Shown one piece after another: positions 1 to 7,259 of a DNA stretch of 47,897 bases. The stretch lies in the IMG/VR virus record IMGVR_UViG_3300030207_001921, positions 1 through 47,897 of that record; one strand, 5' to 3'. A model generated the notes under the pieces. That model did no database searches. It saw only the letters and a program-made list of their open reading frames with translations, and was not told the DNA's origin. The first letter of the stretch is position 1, and every line of letters begins with the position of its first letter. Position numbers and translations under genes: made by a program. This DNA comes from a virus. Taxonomy: Duplodnaviria > Caudoviricetes.

Positions 1-42
1 CCAAGCTCCTGGAACAACTACGCTGGAAGCCGACGCCGACAC

Positions 43-76
43 AAAAAAAAGGCCAAGCTCATGAAAACTTGACCTT
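43..76 (-). terminator. Intrinsic terminator
   Basis: Minus strand AAGGTCAAGTT-loop-AGCTTGGCCTT hairpin (G-U pairs) followed by a U-tract. Confidence 0.75.
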
Positions 77-234
77 ATAGTTCTAGAATATTCCATTTAC
101 GTCCTAGTGAACCGTTTACCAGAAGAACTAAGTTCTTAGTTCCACAACCTAGCTATAAACCAAACAACTATTTAATAAACATCTATGTATTAGTCCAAAG
201 GTATGGTTTTATAATTTACCCTAACTACGAATAT

Positions 235-264
235 ATTATATTACTAAATGTAGACAGATGTCAA
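235..264 (-). promoter_or_regulatory. Sigma70-type promoter
   Basis: Minus strand TTGACA-N18-TATAAT, perfect hexamers. Confidence 0.75.
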
Positions 265-470
265 GACGTGGATCTAGGCCGCATCCAGATCTACAAAATT
301 GTGTGTATATATATAAGAAAAATGTGTGGGCTTCACCCAGGAGTCTATTTTATTTTTGCCGACCGACTCTCTTGCATCTGGACCTGGGTCATGAAGACGG
401 AGTGTGTGTAAGGAAAAATGAAATTTGGGATATAAATACACACACCCCACCTAATAGAAATGCCGACCGA

Positions 471-740
471 CTATTTGCCGTTCCAATAATTTTCTGGGTT
501 CGTAGATTTTTTTATTTCTCCATTCACCCTATACATATCTATTTCAACCACTTTGATAATTGCATAAGAACTATCTGGTAGTTTGCCTTTAGACATATCC
601 TCGTAGAAATCATCAGAACTACCCGCTACAGCCAGGACTTCACCAGAGGTTGTGTCAATAAAAAGATAATCGTCATCTTCATAATCAACGAAGGTTATTA
701 CAGTTTGTTTAAACCGACTCTGCTCTTGTTTAACTGTCAT
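471..740 (-). CDS. Hypothetical early protein (89 aa)
   Basis: ATG preceded by GGAGG; tight operon packing. Confidence 0.75.
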   Translation of the reverse strand: MTVKQEQSRFKQTVITFVDYEDDDYLFIDTTSGEVLAVAGSSDDFYEDMSKGKLPDSSYAIIKVVEIDMYRVNGEIKKSTNPENYWNGK

Positions 741-743
741 CTC

Positions 744-1028
744 TCACCTCCAATCTGTCCAGTAATAAATATCACTATCTTCATTTTCAGCCCACTCTTT
801 TTGACCTTGTGCAAATTCTTCTGGCTCTAACATTTTCTCCACACATCCTATTGAACAGGCGTACTCCCACTCAGCTACAACGTAATAACCCTCAAAAACA
901 TCAATAGGCTTTTTACATTTATAACAACAAGTCGGCAAATCTTCAAACTCTTCTTCGGTAAAGGGCAATTTATTCCAGTTCTTTTGGTTTAAATTTTCTA
1001 GTAGTTCTTCATGTGACTGACTACTCAT
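744..1028 (-). CDS. Hypothetical acidic protein with CxxC...CxxxC (possible Zn finger)
   Basis: CCYKC...YACSIGC; overlaps upstream ORF stop. Confidence 0.75.
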   Translation of the reverse strand: MSSQSHEELLENLNQKNWNKLPFTEEEFEDLPTCCYKCKKPIDVFEGYYVVAEWEYACSIGCVEKMLEPEEFAQGQKEWAENEDSDIYYWTDWR

Positions 1029-1344
1029 CTTCACCCCCTAGCTTTTCTAGTTTATCGTCAAACATCTTATGTATCTCTGGTATGTCTTTGTCAGAAACAA
1101 AGTCCCAAAGCACTTCTGCCATTATTATAACTTCAGGCACTTTAGCAAGAGTTAATTTCTCAAAGAAATCTATTAATACTCTTAAATCTGTATAGTTGTG
1201 TCCCTCTAAAAGATTGGTTGGAATATCCTCTGGATACCAGGCACCATTTGTTTCACAATAGTGTTTTTTCTCATCATCATACCAATTAGCAGATAATGAA
1301 TCTAAAGCTCTTTTAGCTTTTTTTACTTCATCGTTAGTTATCAT
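1021..1344 (-). CDS. Hypothetical early protein (107 aa)
   Basis: RBS AGGGGG; in operon. Confidence 0.75.
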   Translation of the reverse strand: MITNDEVKKAKRALDSLSANWYDDEKKHYCETNGAWYPEDIPTNLLEGHNYTDLRVLIDFFEKLTLAKVPEVIIMAEVLWDFVSDKDIPEIHKMFDDKLEKLGGEDE

Positions 1345-1353
1345 TTTTTCCCC

Positions 1354-1578
1354 CTAATCTAATAGAACCATATAGGCTTTAGGCTCATGTTTCATAAACC
1401 AGTCACATCCTTTACGGACATCCTCGTATCGTCTCAACATCTCAGAACCCTTTATAACATCATAAACGGCTAGAGCATCTGGCTTTAAAGTTACTTTCTC
1501 TCCAGTAAACTGGTTGGTAACCTCAACAGGTTTAGTGTCCAAAATTGGAACATTAAACGGTATCTTTCTATTTTTCAT
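1354..1578 (-). CDS. Hypothetical early protein (74 aa)
   Basis: RBS AAGGAG, directly downstream of a predicted promoter. Confidence 0.8.
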   Translation of the reverse strand: MKNRKIPFNVPILDTKPVEVTNQFTGEKVTLKPDALAVYDVIKGSEMLRRYEDVRKGCDWFMKHEPKAYMVLLD

Positions 1579-1599
1579 ATTAATTACTCCTTACCTAAT

Positions 1600-1628
1600 A
1601 ATGTATACAAATAGTAGTTAGATGTCAA
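1600..1628 (-). promoter_or_regulatory. Sigma70-type promoter
   Basis: TTGACA-N17-TACATT on the minus strand. Confidence 0.65.
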
Positions 1629-1764
1629 GAGGAAATAAGTTTCACCCTGATGACCCAGGAATGAGGCGAATGTGATGCTTATTGTGGTTATGTGCTTATT
1701 GTGAATATATAGGAAAAAAATAAAAAAAATGCCGACTCTCTGGTGAGAGCCGACACTAATCCGA

Positions 1765-2004
1765 CTATTCTAGATAGAATGTATCGTTGATCGAAATAGA
1801 TAAGTCCCCATTCCTTACTATATCTAAGATGTCGTCTTCATAATTTTTGATGTCAAAATTATCATCAACTGGATTACCCTTTATATGAGTATCTAGTTTG
1901 TCGTTTAAATCCTTAATCAAAGACATGACTTTCTCATGCTCTGCGTCTCTCTTTTCTTCCGTAGAAGCGATTTTAGCTAAAGTTTCAGCTAGTTCTTTTA
2001 TCAT
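1765..2004 (-). CDS. Hypothetical early protein (79 aa)
   Basis: RBS AGGGGG; own predicted promoter. Confidence 0.75.
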   Translation of the reverse strand: MIKELAETLAKIASTEEKRDAEHEKVMSLIKDLNDKLDTHIKGNPVDDNFDIKNYEDDILDIVRNGDLSISINDTFYLE

Positions 2005-2034
2005 ATTTACCCCCTTTGGTAAGTTGATAAGTCT

Positions 2035-2062
2035 AGTGTATACAAATAGTAATGTATGTCAA
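2035..2062 (-). promoter_or_regulatory. Sigma70-type promoter
   Basis: TTGACA-N16-TACACT; spacer shares TACTATTTGTA with the 1600-1628 promoter. Confidence 0.6.
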
Positions 2063-2335
2063 GTAATGTGACATTTTATTTTTCCACCCTACTTCGACAT
2101 TAGAAGGTAGCTTAAACGGATTTCCGAACCAGGGAAGCGTAGATCCTGGCATCTGGTGTGTGTATTGTGTGTTATTATTATATATATACCAACAAACTTC
2201 TTGCCGACCGACTACAAACCGACATCCGACCGACTTTTAAGCATGATTTTTATTTAGAGAGTGACCAAGAGAGAGAGGGGGCGCAGTTTCTTACCCTATA
2301 TCCAACAATTACTATACTTTAATTTATATTTACTA

Positions 2336-2363
2336 TTGACAATTAGTATCTAATCTGTATACT
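2336..2363 (+). promoter_or_regulatory. Sigma70-type promoter of the rightward early operon
   Basis: TTGACA-N16-TATACT, then AGGAG RBS of the 2388 ORF. Confidence 0.65.
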
Positions 2364-2387
2364 TTTTGTCTATAGGAGTTAATTAAT

Positions 2388-2864
2388 ATGTCTACACGAA
2401 GTTTAATTTGTTATCAGGATGAACAAACAAAAGAAATATCCTCAATCTATTGCCATTCAGATGGCTACTTGCAACATAATGGCAGAATTCTAAATGCACA
2501 TTATAAAGATCATGCAACCGTTAAAAAATTAGTAGATGGTGGCAACATATCTTGGCTATCAGATACTATCGAAGATTCTGGGTATTATAAGAACTTAGAA
2601 AACAGAGGTGGCTCAGAAGACCAGGAGAGAACTAAAAAACACCTTAACCAATATATGTTATTTGACTATTTAAGAGGTGACATATTTATTGAGTGGGTTT
2701 ATTTATTCAAGGATGGGGCTTGGCACTATTCTTATCTTATTACAGAAGATCACAAAAAAGGAACTATGGAACAACATTTGGATATGTCTAATGTTTCTCA
2801 TTCTTGTTGGAGATTACTCAAACTTGCAGACGAAGTTCAAGAACAAACAGAGGGGGTAGAATAA
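2388..2864 (+). CDS. Conserved phage hypothetical protein (YCHxDGY family)
   Basis: MSTRSxI...IYCHSDGY...G..L motif seen in phage early genes; strong RBS. Confidence 0.8.
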   Translation: MSTRSLICYQDEQTKEISSIYCHSDGYLQHNGRILNAHYKDHATVKKLVDGGNISWLSDTIEDSGYYKNLENRGGSEDQERTKKHLNQYMLFDYLRGDIFIEWVYLFKDGAWHYSYLITEDHKKGTMEQHLDMSNVSHSCWRLLKLADEVQEQTEGVE

Positions 2865-3037
2865 TGGAAAAATCAAGTAGTTGGCTAGAAATAGCAAATA
2901 TGCCGTTATGTTGTATCTGTTGTGGTAGCAGAAATGTTGATACTACTAAAGATACTTGCTTGTCTTGTGGCTCTACTGAGGGTTTGTTAGCAGACGAAAG
3001 GACTACTAAGGAATATGAGGGGATGAATAATGTCTAA
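2864..3037 (+). CDS. Small Zn-ribbon-like protein
   Basis: CICCGS...CLSCGS; TAATG coupling to the upstream gene. Confidence 0.7.
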   Translation: MEKSSSWLEIANMPLCCICCGSRNVDTTKDTCLSCGSTEGLLADERTTKEYEGMNNV

Positions 3038-3263
3038 ACAAACATTTACTGAATTTAAACATAAGATAGCAGAAGAATGGGCTACAGATGAAGTGAATGA
3101 GGCTAGTCATTGGGCTACTAGAAACTTTTTAATTCATGTTGTGACTGAATACTTTTTGGCAGAAATGCCTGATAACTTAAAAGATTTTAAAGAACAGTAT
3201 ATGTATGAAAAAGGATATGACGAAGGAGATATTGGTTATGATCTAGAAGGGGTGGAAGAATGA
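3030..3263 (+). CDS. Hypothetical protein (77 aa)
   Basis: Overlapping operon organisation, GAGGGG RBS. Confidence 0.7.
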   Translation: MSKQTFTEFKHKIAEEWATDEVNEASHWATRNFLIHVVTEYFLAEMPDNLKDFKEQYMYEKGYDEGDIGYDLEGVEE

Positions 3264-3472
3264 GTAGAGATAAAAAGAAAGAATATATATTCAGCCATAC
3301 TTTGTTAATTACACAAGAAACTACTGTTATGGCTAATACTTATGAAGAAGCAGAAAATACATTTTGTTCTGGTGGTGGCGATACAGATGATGTTGATTGT
3401 AGTAATGGTGATTGGGAATGTATACAAAATCCAGACATTTCATTCATTAAGGGGATGACTAATGAGAGTTAA
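3260..3472 (+). CDS. Hypothetical protein (70 aa)
   Basis: ATGA overlap, RBS. Confidence 0.7.
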   Translation: MSRDKKKEYIFSHTLLITQETTVMANTYEEAENTFCSGGGDTDDVDCSNGDWECIQNPDISFIKGMTNES

Positions 3473-3635
3473 AAACCTTATAAAGACTTTAAAAAAGTTT
3501 GACGATAATGATGAAGTAATTTTCTATCATTTGGATAACTACGACCTAAAAGAATGTCAGTTAGAAAGCATTTTAACAACTAATGATGGTTTAGGTGTTG
3601 AGATAACAATAGAGGAAGTGTTTGATGAAAGATAA
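3462..3635 (+). CDS. Hypothetical protein (57 aa, MRVKNLIKTLKKFD...), not in ORF track
   Basis: Read by hand; fills the gap in the operon; AAGGGG RBS. Confidence 0.65.
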   Translation: MRVKNLIKTLKKFDDNDEVIFYHLDNYDLKECQLESILTTNDGLGVEITIEEVFDER

Positions 3636-3888
3636 AGAATTGAAAGGTATTGCTAATGCATTAAACGATCATTATGGTGGTCAAGAAATTACAACAAATC
3701 ATTTAGATAATGTTGCAATACTAAAAAACTACTGTCCTGATTGTCCTGGATGGCAAGGTGATATTGCTCTAGTTGTTCATGGTGGTGGCTCATGTTTCAA
3801 AGACATTCTCTACAAAATAGATGGGAAATGGACATGGGTAGAAAGCATGAATGAAGGTGAATATAAATGTAATTTGGAATTAATGTAA
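3625..3888 (+). CDS. Hypothetical protein
   Basis: GAGG RBS; operon packing. Confidence 0.7.
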   Translation: MKDKELKGIANALNDHYGGQEITTNHLDNVAILKNYCPDCPGWQGDIALVVHGGGSCFKDILYKIDGKWTWVESMNEGEYKCNLELM

Positions 3889-3897
3889 GGGGAAGAA

Positions 3898-4089
3898 ATG
3901 AGTAAACCAAAAATGGAAATAGTATCAAATTTGGAAGGGGAAGATAATATTGTTTGGATAGATTTTAAAGGCAAAGAAATCAGAATAGAACAAGATAACT
4001 TTTATAACGAGGGAAAATTGATGATAACTGTTCACAACAAAGGTGAAGATTATCATGCAAAACTTTTAGTTGATAACGAAGATGATTGA
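3898..4089 (+). CDS. Hypothetical protein (63 aa)
   Basis: AAGGGG RBS. Confidence 0.7.
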   Translation: MSKPKMEIVSNLEGEDNIVWIDFKGKEIRIEQDNFYNEGKLMITVHNKGEDYHAKLLVDNEDD

Positions 4090-4300
4090 TCCATTTATAG
4101 ACGGAGATAGTAATAAGATAGAGTGTGCAAGTTGTGGCTCTATTGCAGAATTTACAGACAATGCAGATGAAGGAGATGGTTTTGGACAAGATTACTATTT
4201 CTGTTCAGATTGTAATAAGAACACAGTTCTTCACTATCAAAAGGTTTATGAAGAGCCTTATTGTGTAGAGGATGAACTACAAGAGCAGTCAGCTAAATGA
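4082..4300 (+). CDS. Small Zn-ribbon-like protein
   Basis: CASC...CSDC; start approximate. Confidence 0.65.
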   Translation: MIDPFIDGDSNKIECASCGSIAEFTDNADEGDGFGQDYYFCSDCNKNTVLHYQKVYEEPYCVEDELQEQSAK

Positions 4301-4350
4301 TAACGGGTGTTATTGTTTGGTGTTGAGTGCATAATTTTCGAGAGGAATTT

Positions 4351-4965
4351 ATGAATAATAAAATACGCGAACAGAAGTTCGTAATCAACCCGCCTAATTT
4401 CAATCTTGTGAAATTGCAGGTCGAGGGTTTAACTCCTTTAATCCAAAATAAGATGAAGGAGGCTTTGATAAAAGAAATGGAAGAAGTCCGTTCTGGTAAG
4501 GCTAATAAAGTTAATGCCAAGAGAACTGCTATCGATCCTAAAAAAGAGTATTTGAAATCTGCTTATACTCAGGATGATGGCACGTTTGGATTTCCTGCAA
4601 GTGCATTCAAACAATGTGCAGTTAGAGCAGGTAAGGCTTTAGGCTTGGCTATGACAGACGCAAGAACTTTGTTTTTCGTTCTGCCAAATGCCCCAGATGG
4701 AGAGTGTGTTTCTATTAAGTCTAAGAAACCAGTATTGAGGAAAGACCCAGTTAATGTAAAGACTGGTAAAGACCTCAGATTTAGACCAGAGTTTAGAAAC
4801 TGGTCAGCAGAACTCCTGGTAAAATATGACGCTGATAGAGTGACCATAGAGCAGATAGCTAATTTGCTTAATCATGGTGGTCAAACCGTTGGTGTAGGTG
4901 AATGGCGTCCAGAAAGGAACGGCACATTCGGTATGTTTACAGTTGGTTCTAGTAAGGTGGCATAA
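4351..4965 (+). CDS. Solo Cas7/RAMP-like RNA-binding protein (Vipr-like candidate effector)
   Basis: RAMP hallmarks: N-terminal strand VKLQVEGLTPLI, GFPASAFKQCAVRA (cf. iPgsslKGalR), C-terminal Gly-rich loop GVGEWRPERNGTFGMF; RBS GAGAGG; no other cas genes recognised. Confidence 0.75.
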   Translation: MNNKIREQKFVINPPNFNLVKLQVEGLTPLIQNKMKEALIKEMEEVRSGKANKVNAKRTAIDPKKEYLKSAYTQDDGTFGFPASAFKQCAVRAGKALGLAMTDARTLFFVLPNAPDGECVSIKSKKPVLRKDPVNVKTGKDLRFRPEFRNWSAELLVKYDADRVTIEQIANLLNHGGQTVGVGEWRPERNGTFGMFTVGSSKVA

Positions 4966-5456
4966 TGAGAAATAGCAGAATTAATTTAACTGCTGAACTC
5001 GTAAAAGTGCAACAAAGGTATGGGTCGGTTTCGGCTCATACCGTCTTACGAGAGGCAAAGAAGAAGTCTAGTCCTTTGCATAATTTCTTTGAGTGGGATG
5101 ATAGTAAAGCTGCTCAAAAGTGGAGAATGCATGAGGCTAGAATGCTAATAGCAACGGCTAAGGTCTATGTTAGTGAAGTTAGTCCTGAAACCGTAAGAGC
5201 TTTTGTAAGTTTAAAGACAGACGAGGGTAGACGATTTGTTGAAACTGCTGAGGCTTTAACTGATGACCAAATAGCTGCTGAGTTATTTGAAACACTTCTA
5301 AGAAGAATGAACAGCTTAGAGGAACAGTTAAGGCTTATGAACTTGTATAAAGGCTCATATAAAAATACACTAGACAATGCAAGAAAACCTCTGCAAAAAA
5401 GTCTAGGATCAAAAAAAGGTCAAACTACAACCACTCTAACACCTAGATTGGCTTAG
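4965..5456 (+). CDS. Helical partner protein coupled to the RAMP-like gene
   Basis: TAATG stop/start overlap; motif SPLHNFFEWDDSKAAQKWRxxEARxLI of a phage hypothetical family. Confidence 0.8.
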   Translation: MRNSRINLTAELVKVQQRYGSVSAHTVLREAKKKSSPLHNFFEWDDSKAAQKWRMHEARMLIATAKVYVSEVSPETVRAFVSLKTDEGRRFVETAEALTDDQIAAELFETLLRRMNSLEEQLRLMNLYKGSYKNTLDNARKPLQKSLGSKKGQTTTTLTPRLA

Positions 5457-5468
5457 TTGATCTTTTTG

Positions 5469-5518
5469 GTAGGTCGTGTGTCTTTCATTTTACCCCCTCG
5501 ATACATGACCTACTTTTT
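5469..5518 (+). terminator. 14-bp hairpin plus U5 (terminator or leader upstream of the array)
   Basis: GTAGGTCGTGTGTC / GATACATGACCTAC with 2 G-U pairs, 17-nt loop, then TTTTT. Confidence 0.6.
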
Positions 5519-5524
5519 CATTTT

Positions 5525-6114
5525 GGCAGTCGTGGTATCGTAAGGTGGGTTGCGTTAAGTTGGGGTTGGTTATGGCAGTTATGGAGACGCTAGTTGGCGC
5601 GAGTTCTGGTCCGTTGTGTTTAGGCAGTTGTCGTACGGAAAGGCTCGGTGGGTTCAGTTGCGGTCAAGGTCTGGCAGTCGGGGTTAGTTATGTCGTGTTC
5701 CGTTTGGGTGCGTCAGTTAAGGTAAGGCGGGTTTTGTTGGGGTCAGGCAGGTTCTGTCAAGGCAGTCCAGGTGGGGTTGGTTGCGTTCTGTCACGTTAAG
5801 GCAGTCGTGGTGAGTCTCGTCTTGTTAAGTTATGTCAAGTTATGGCAGTTACGGAGAGTCGCGTTATGTTGCGTTACTGTGCGTCTCGGTGTGTCTGGTT
5901 AAGGCAGTTATGGAGAGTTGCGTTCTGGTGCGTTTGTGCGCGTTGCGGTATGTCTGGTTATGGCAGTTGTGGTTCGGCGCTGCGTGTTTCGTTCCGTTTT
6001 GTTATGGCAGTCGAGGTTGCTCCAGGTGGCGCGAGTTAAGTCACGTTTAGTTAAGGCAGTCTAGGAGAGGTTTGTCAAGTTGTTGCAAGTTGAGTTATGG
6101 TCTGTTGGGGCAGT
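5525..6114 (+). ncRNA. Candidate guide-RNA array: 12 units of GGCA-(GKY-NN)7-11
   Basis: GGCAGT anchors at 5525, 5574, 5623, 5673, 5712 (GTCAGT variant), 5761, 5800, 5844, 5903, 5962, 6006, 6055 and 6109; 11 of 12 spacings equal 4+5n; hand count 92 of 107 pentamers start GTT/GTC/GGT/GGC. Confidence 0.8.
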
Positions 6115-6204
6115 TGTGGTGTTATACAACAAAGATTATAATTAGTTAGCTGGGGTCAATCCAACTCCCTATAGTGTATTTCATATTCGGGTTGGCTTCG
6201 GCTA
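6114..6204 (+). promoter_or_regulatory. Possible promoter followed by a 16-bp G-U-rich hairpin
   Basis: TTGTGG-N17-TATAAT (6114-6142); stem 6147-6162 / 6189-6204. Confidence 0.5.
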
Positions 6205-6221
6205 TTTTATGGAGAGATTTT

Positions 6222-6416
6222 ATGAAAGGGAAAATAAGTAAAAAATTCGTTTACGATAACGATAGAAGTCCAATAGAAAATTTTAACTTTTGGCTATCAG
6301 AGAATGAAAGTGAAAGGTTTTGGAATGAAGAAAAACCGTTATCTTACAAAGAGTCTGTCGATCTGTTTGAAAAACAGTATTGTGTCAAGATAGATGGAGT
6401 GAAGATTGATGAATAG
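6222..6416 (+). CDS. Hypothetical protein (64 aa, MKGKISKK...)
   Basis: GGAGAG RBS before the ATG at 6222. Confidence 0.65.
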   Translation: MKGKISKKFVYDNDRSPIENFNFWLSENESERFWNEEKPLSYKESVDLFEKQYCVKIDGVKIDE

Positions 6417-6420
6417 TTTA

Positions 6421-6999
6421 TTAGCTGTTATCTTCGTTATCATCCTGGCTGCTATTATCGATTTCATGAGTGGTGGCAGTAGTGGACACAAGTGATTCAT
6501 CATTTATTGGCACATCTATGATTTCTTGACCCATAAGTTGCTTTAGCCTATTTTCTATCTCTTCTCGTGACATCATATCGATCTTACCGAATCTAACTTC
6601 TTTTTTATCAACAACTAATCCACCAACTTTCAACAAACTATTCTGGGCTGCGATTGCAGCATTATATGATCCAGAGTCCAGAGCTTTGTCTCTTATGTCA
6701 TATAAATCTTTAACTGCTCTATCGTGATTTAATTCATACTTTTTTCTAACTTCCGACATTAAATATTTATATTCCGACAAAACATTTTCGTTTTTCATAA
6801 GTTTGTATGCCGACTGTCTAGCGTCTTTGTAACCAGATCTTTTTGCAGCTTCAACATAACTCATCTGTGGATTATTGACTATAGTCCAGACGAACACTTG
6901 TTGTCTGCGATTAAGTTTCTTATCTAGATCAAAATATTCGATAGGTGGGGTTTCTTCTTGATGAAGTATAGGCTCGAACTTGACTTCTGGTTTGGACAT
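6421..6999 (-). CDS. terS: Terminase small subunit
   Basis: LNRRQQVFV...EAAKRSGY...AYKLMKNENV HTH typical of Terminase_2-like TerS. Confidence 0.7.
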   Translation of the reverse strand: MSKPEVKFEPILHQEETPPIEYFDLDKKLNRRQQVFVWTIVNNPQMSYVEAAKRSGYKDARQSAYKLMKNENVLSEYKYLMSEVRKKYELNHDRAVKDLYDIRDKALDSGSYNAAIAAQNSLLKVGGLVVDKKEVRFGKIDMMSREEIENRLKQLMGQEIIDVPINDESLVSTTATTHEIDNSSQDDNEDNS

Positions 7000-7259
7000 A
7001 TACTCGTAATTCTATGGTTTCTTATTGTAGATGTAAAGTATGGTCTAGGAACTGATATTAGATGTGGCTATCTCTACTTATCTAATAAGTATATTCCAAG
7101 ATTATCACGCCAGATTATGTATCGTCAATACAAAAAAGCAATAAATATTAAATTAATTTCACATTCTCTGACAAAAATGAAAAAAATGTTTTTATTGTCA
7201 AAACCACTAAACATAAGGCTTTCATACGACAAGAAAAGTCTGACAAAAATAGACAATAA

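Larger units (their letters stand above)
358..2235 (+). repeat. Dispersed (G)CCGAC(CGACT) motifs in early intergenic regions
   Basis: GCCGACCGACT at 358, 462 and 2203; CCGACCGACT at 2226; shorter copies near 1731, 1749, 1761 and 2219 (also at 30 and 36). Confidence 0.75.

Noticed and set aside
5746-5750. Extra GGCAG as a unit boundary
   Set aside because: It is an in-register pentamer (GGC-AG) of unit 5 with no phase slip; the boundary is the GTCAGT variant at 5712
5545-6050. ORFs 5545-5799, 5832-6050 and 5842-6039 as proteins
   Set aside because: Val/Gly/Cys/Arg-rich translations are artefacts of the G/T-rich 5-nt periodic array; the period is not a multiple of 3 and there is no good RBS
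5525-6114. Classical CRISPR array
   Set aside because: There is no 23-47 nt direct repeat, only a 6-nt anchor; inter-anchor sequences are internally periodic; no cas1/cas2 was recognised
4351-6114. TIGR-Tas system or diversity-generating retroelement
   Set aside because: No Nop-domain motifs, box C/D-like repeats, reverse transcriptase or template/variable repeat pair was seen
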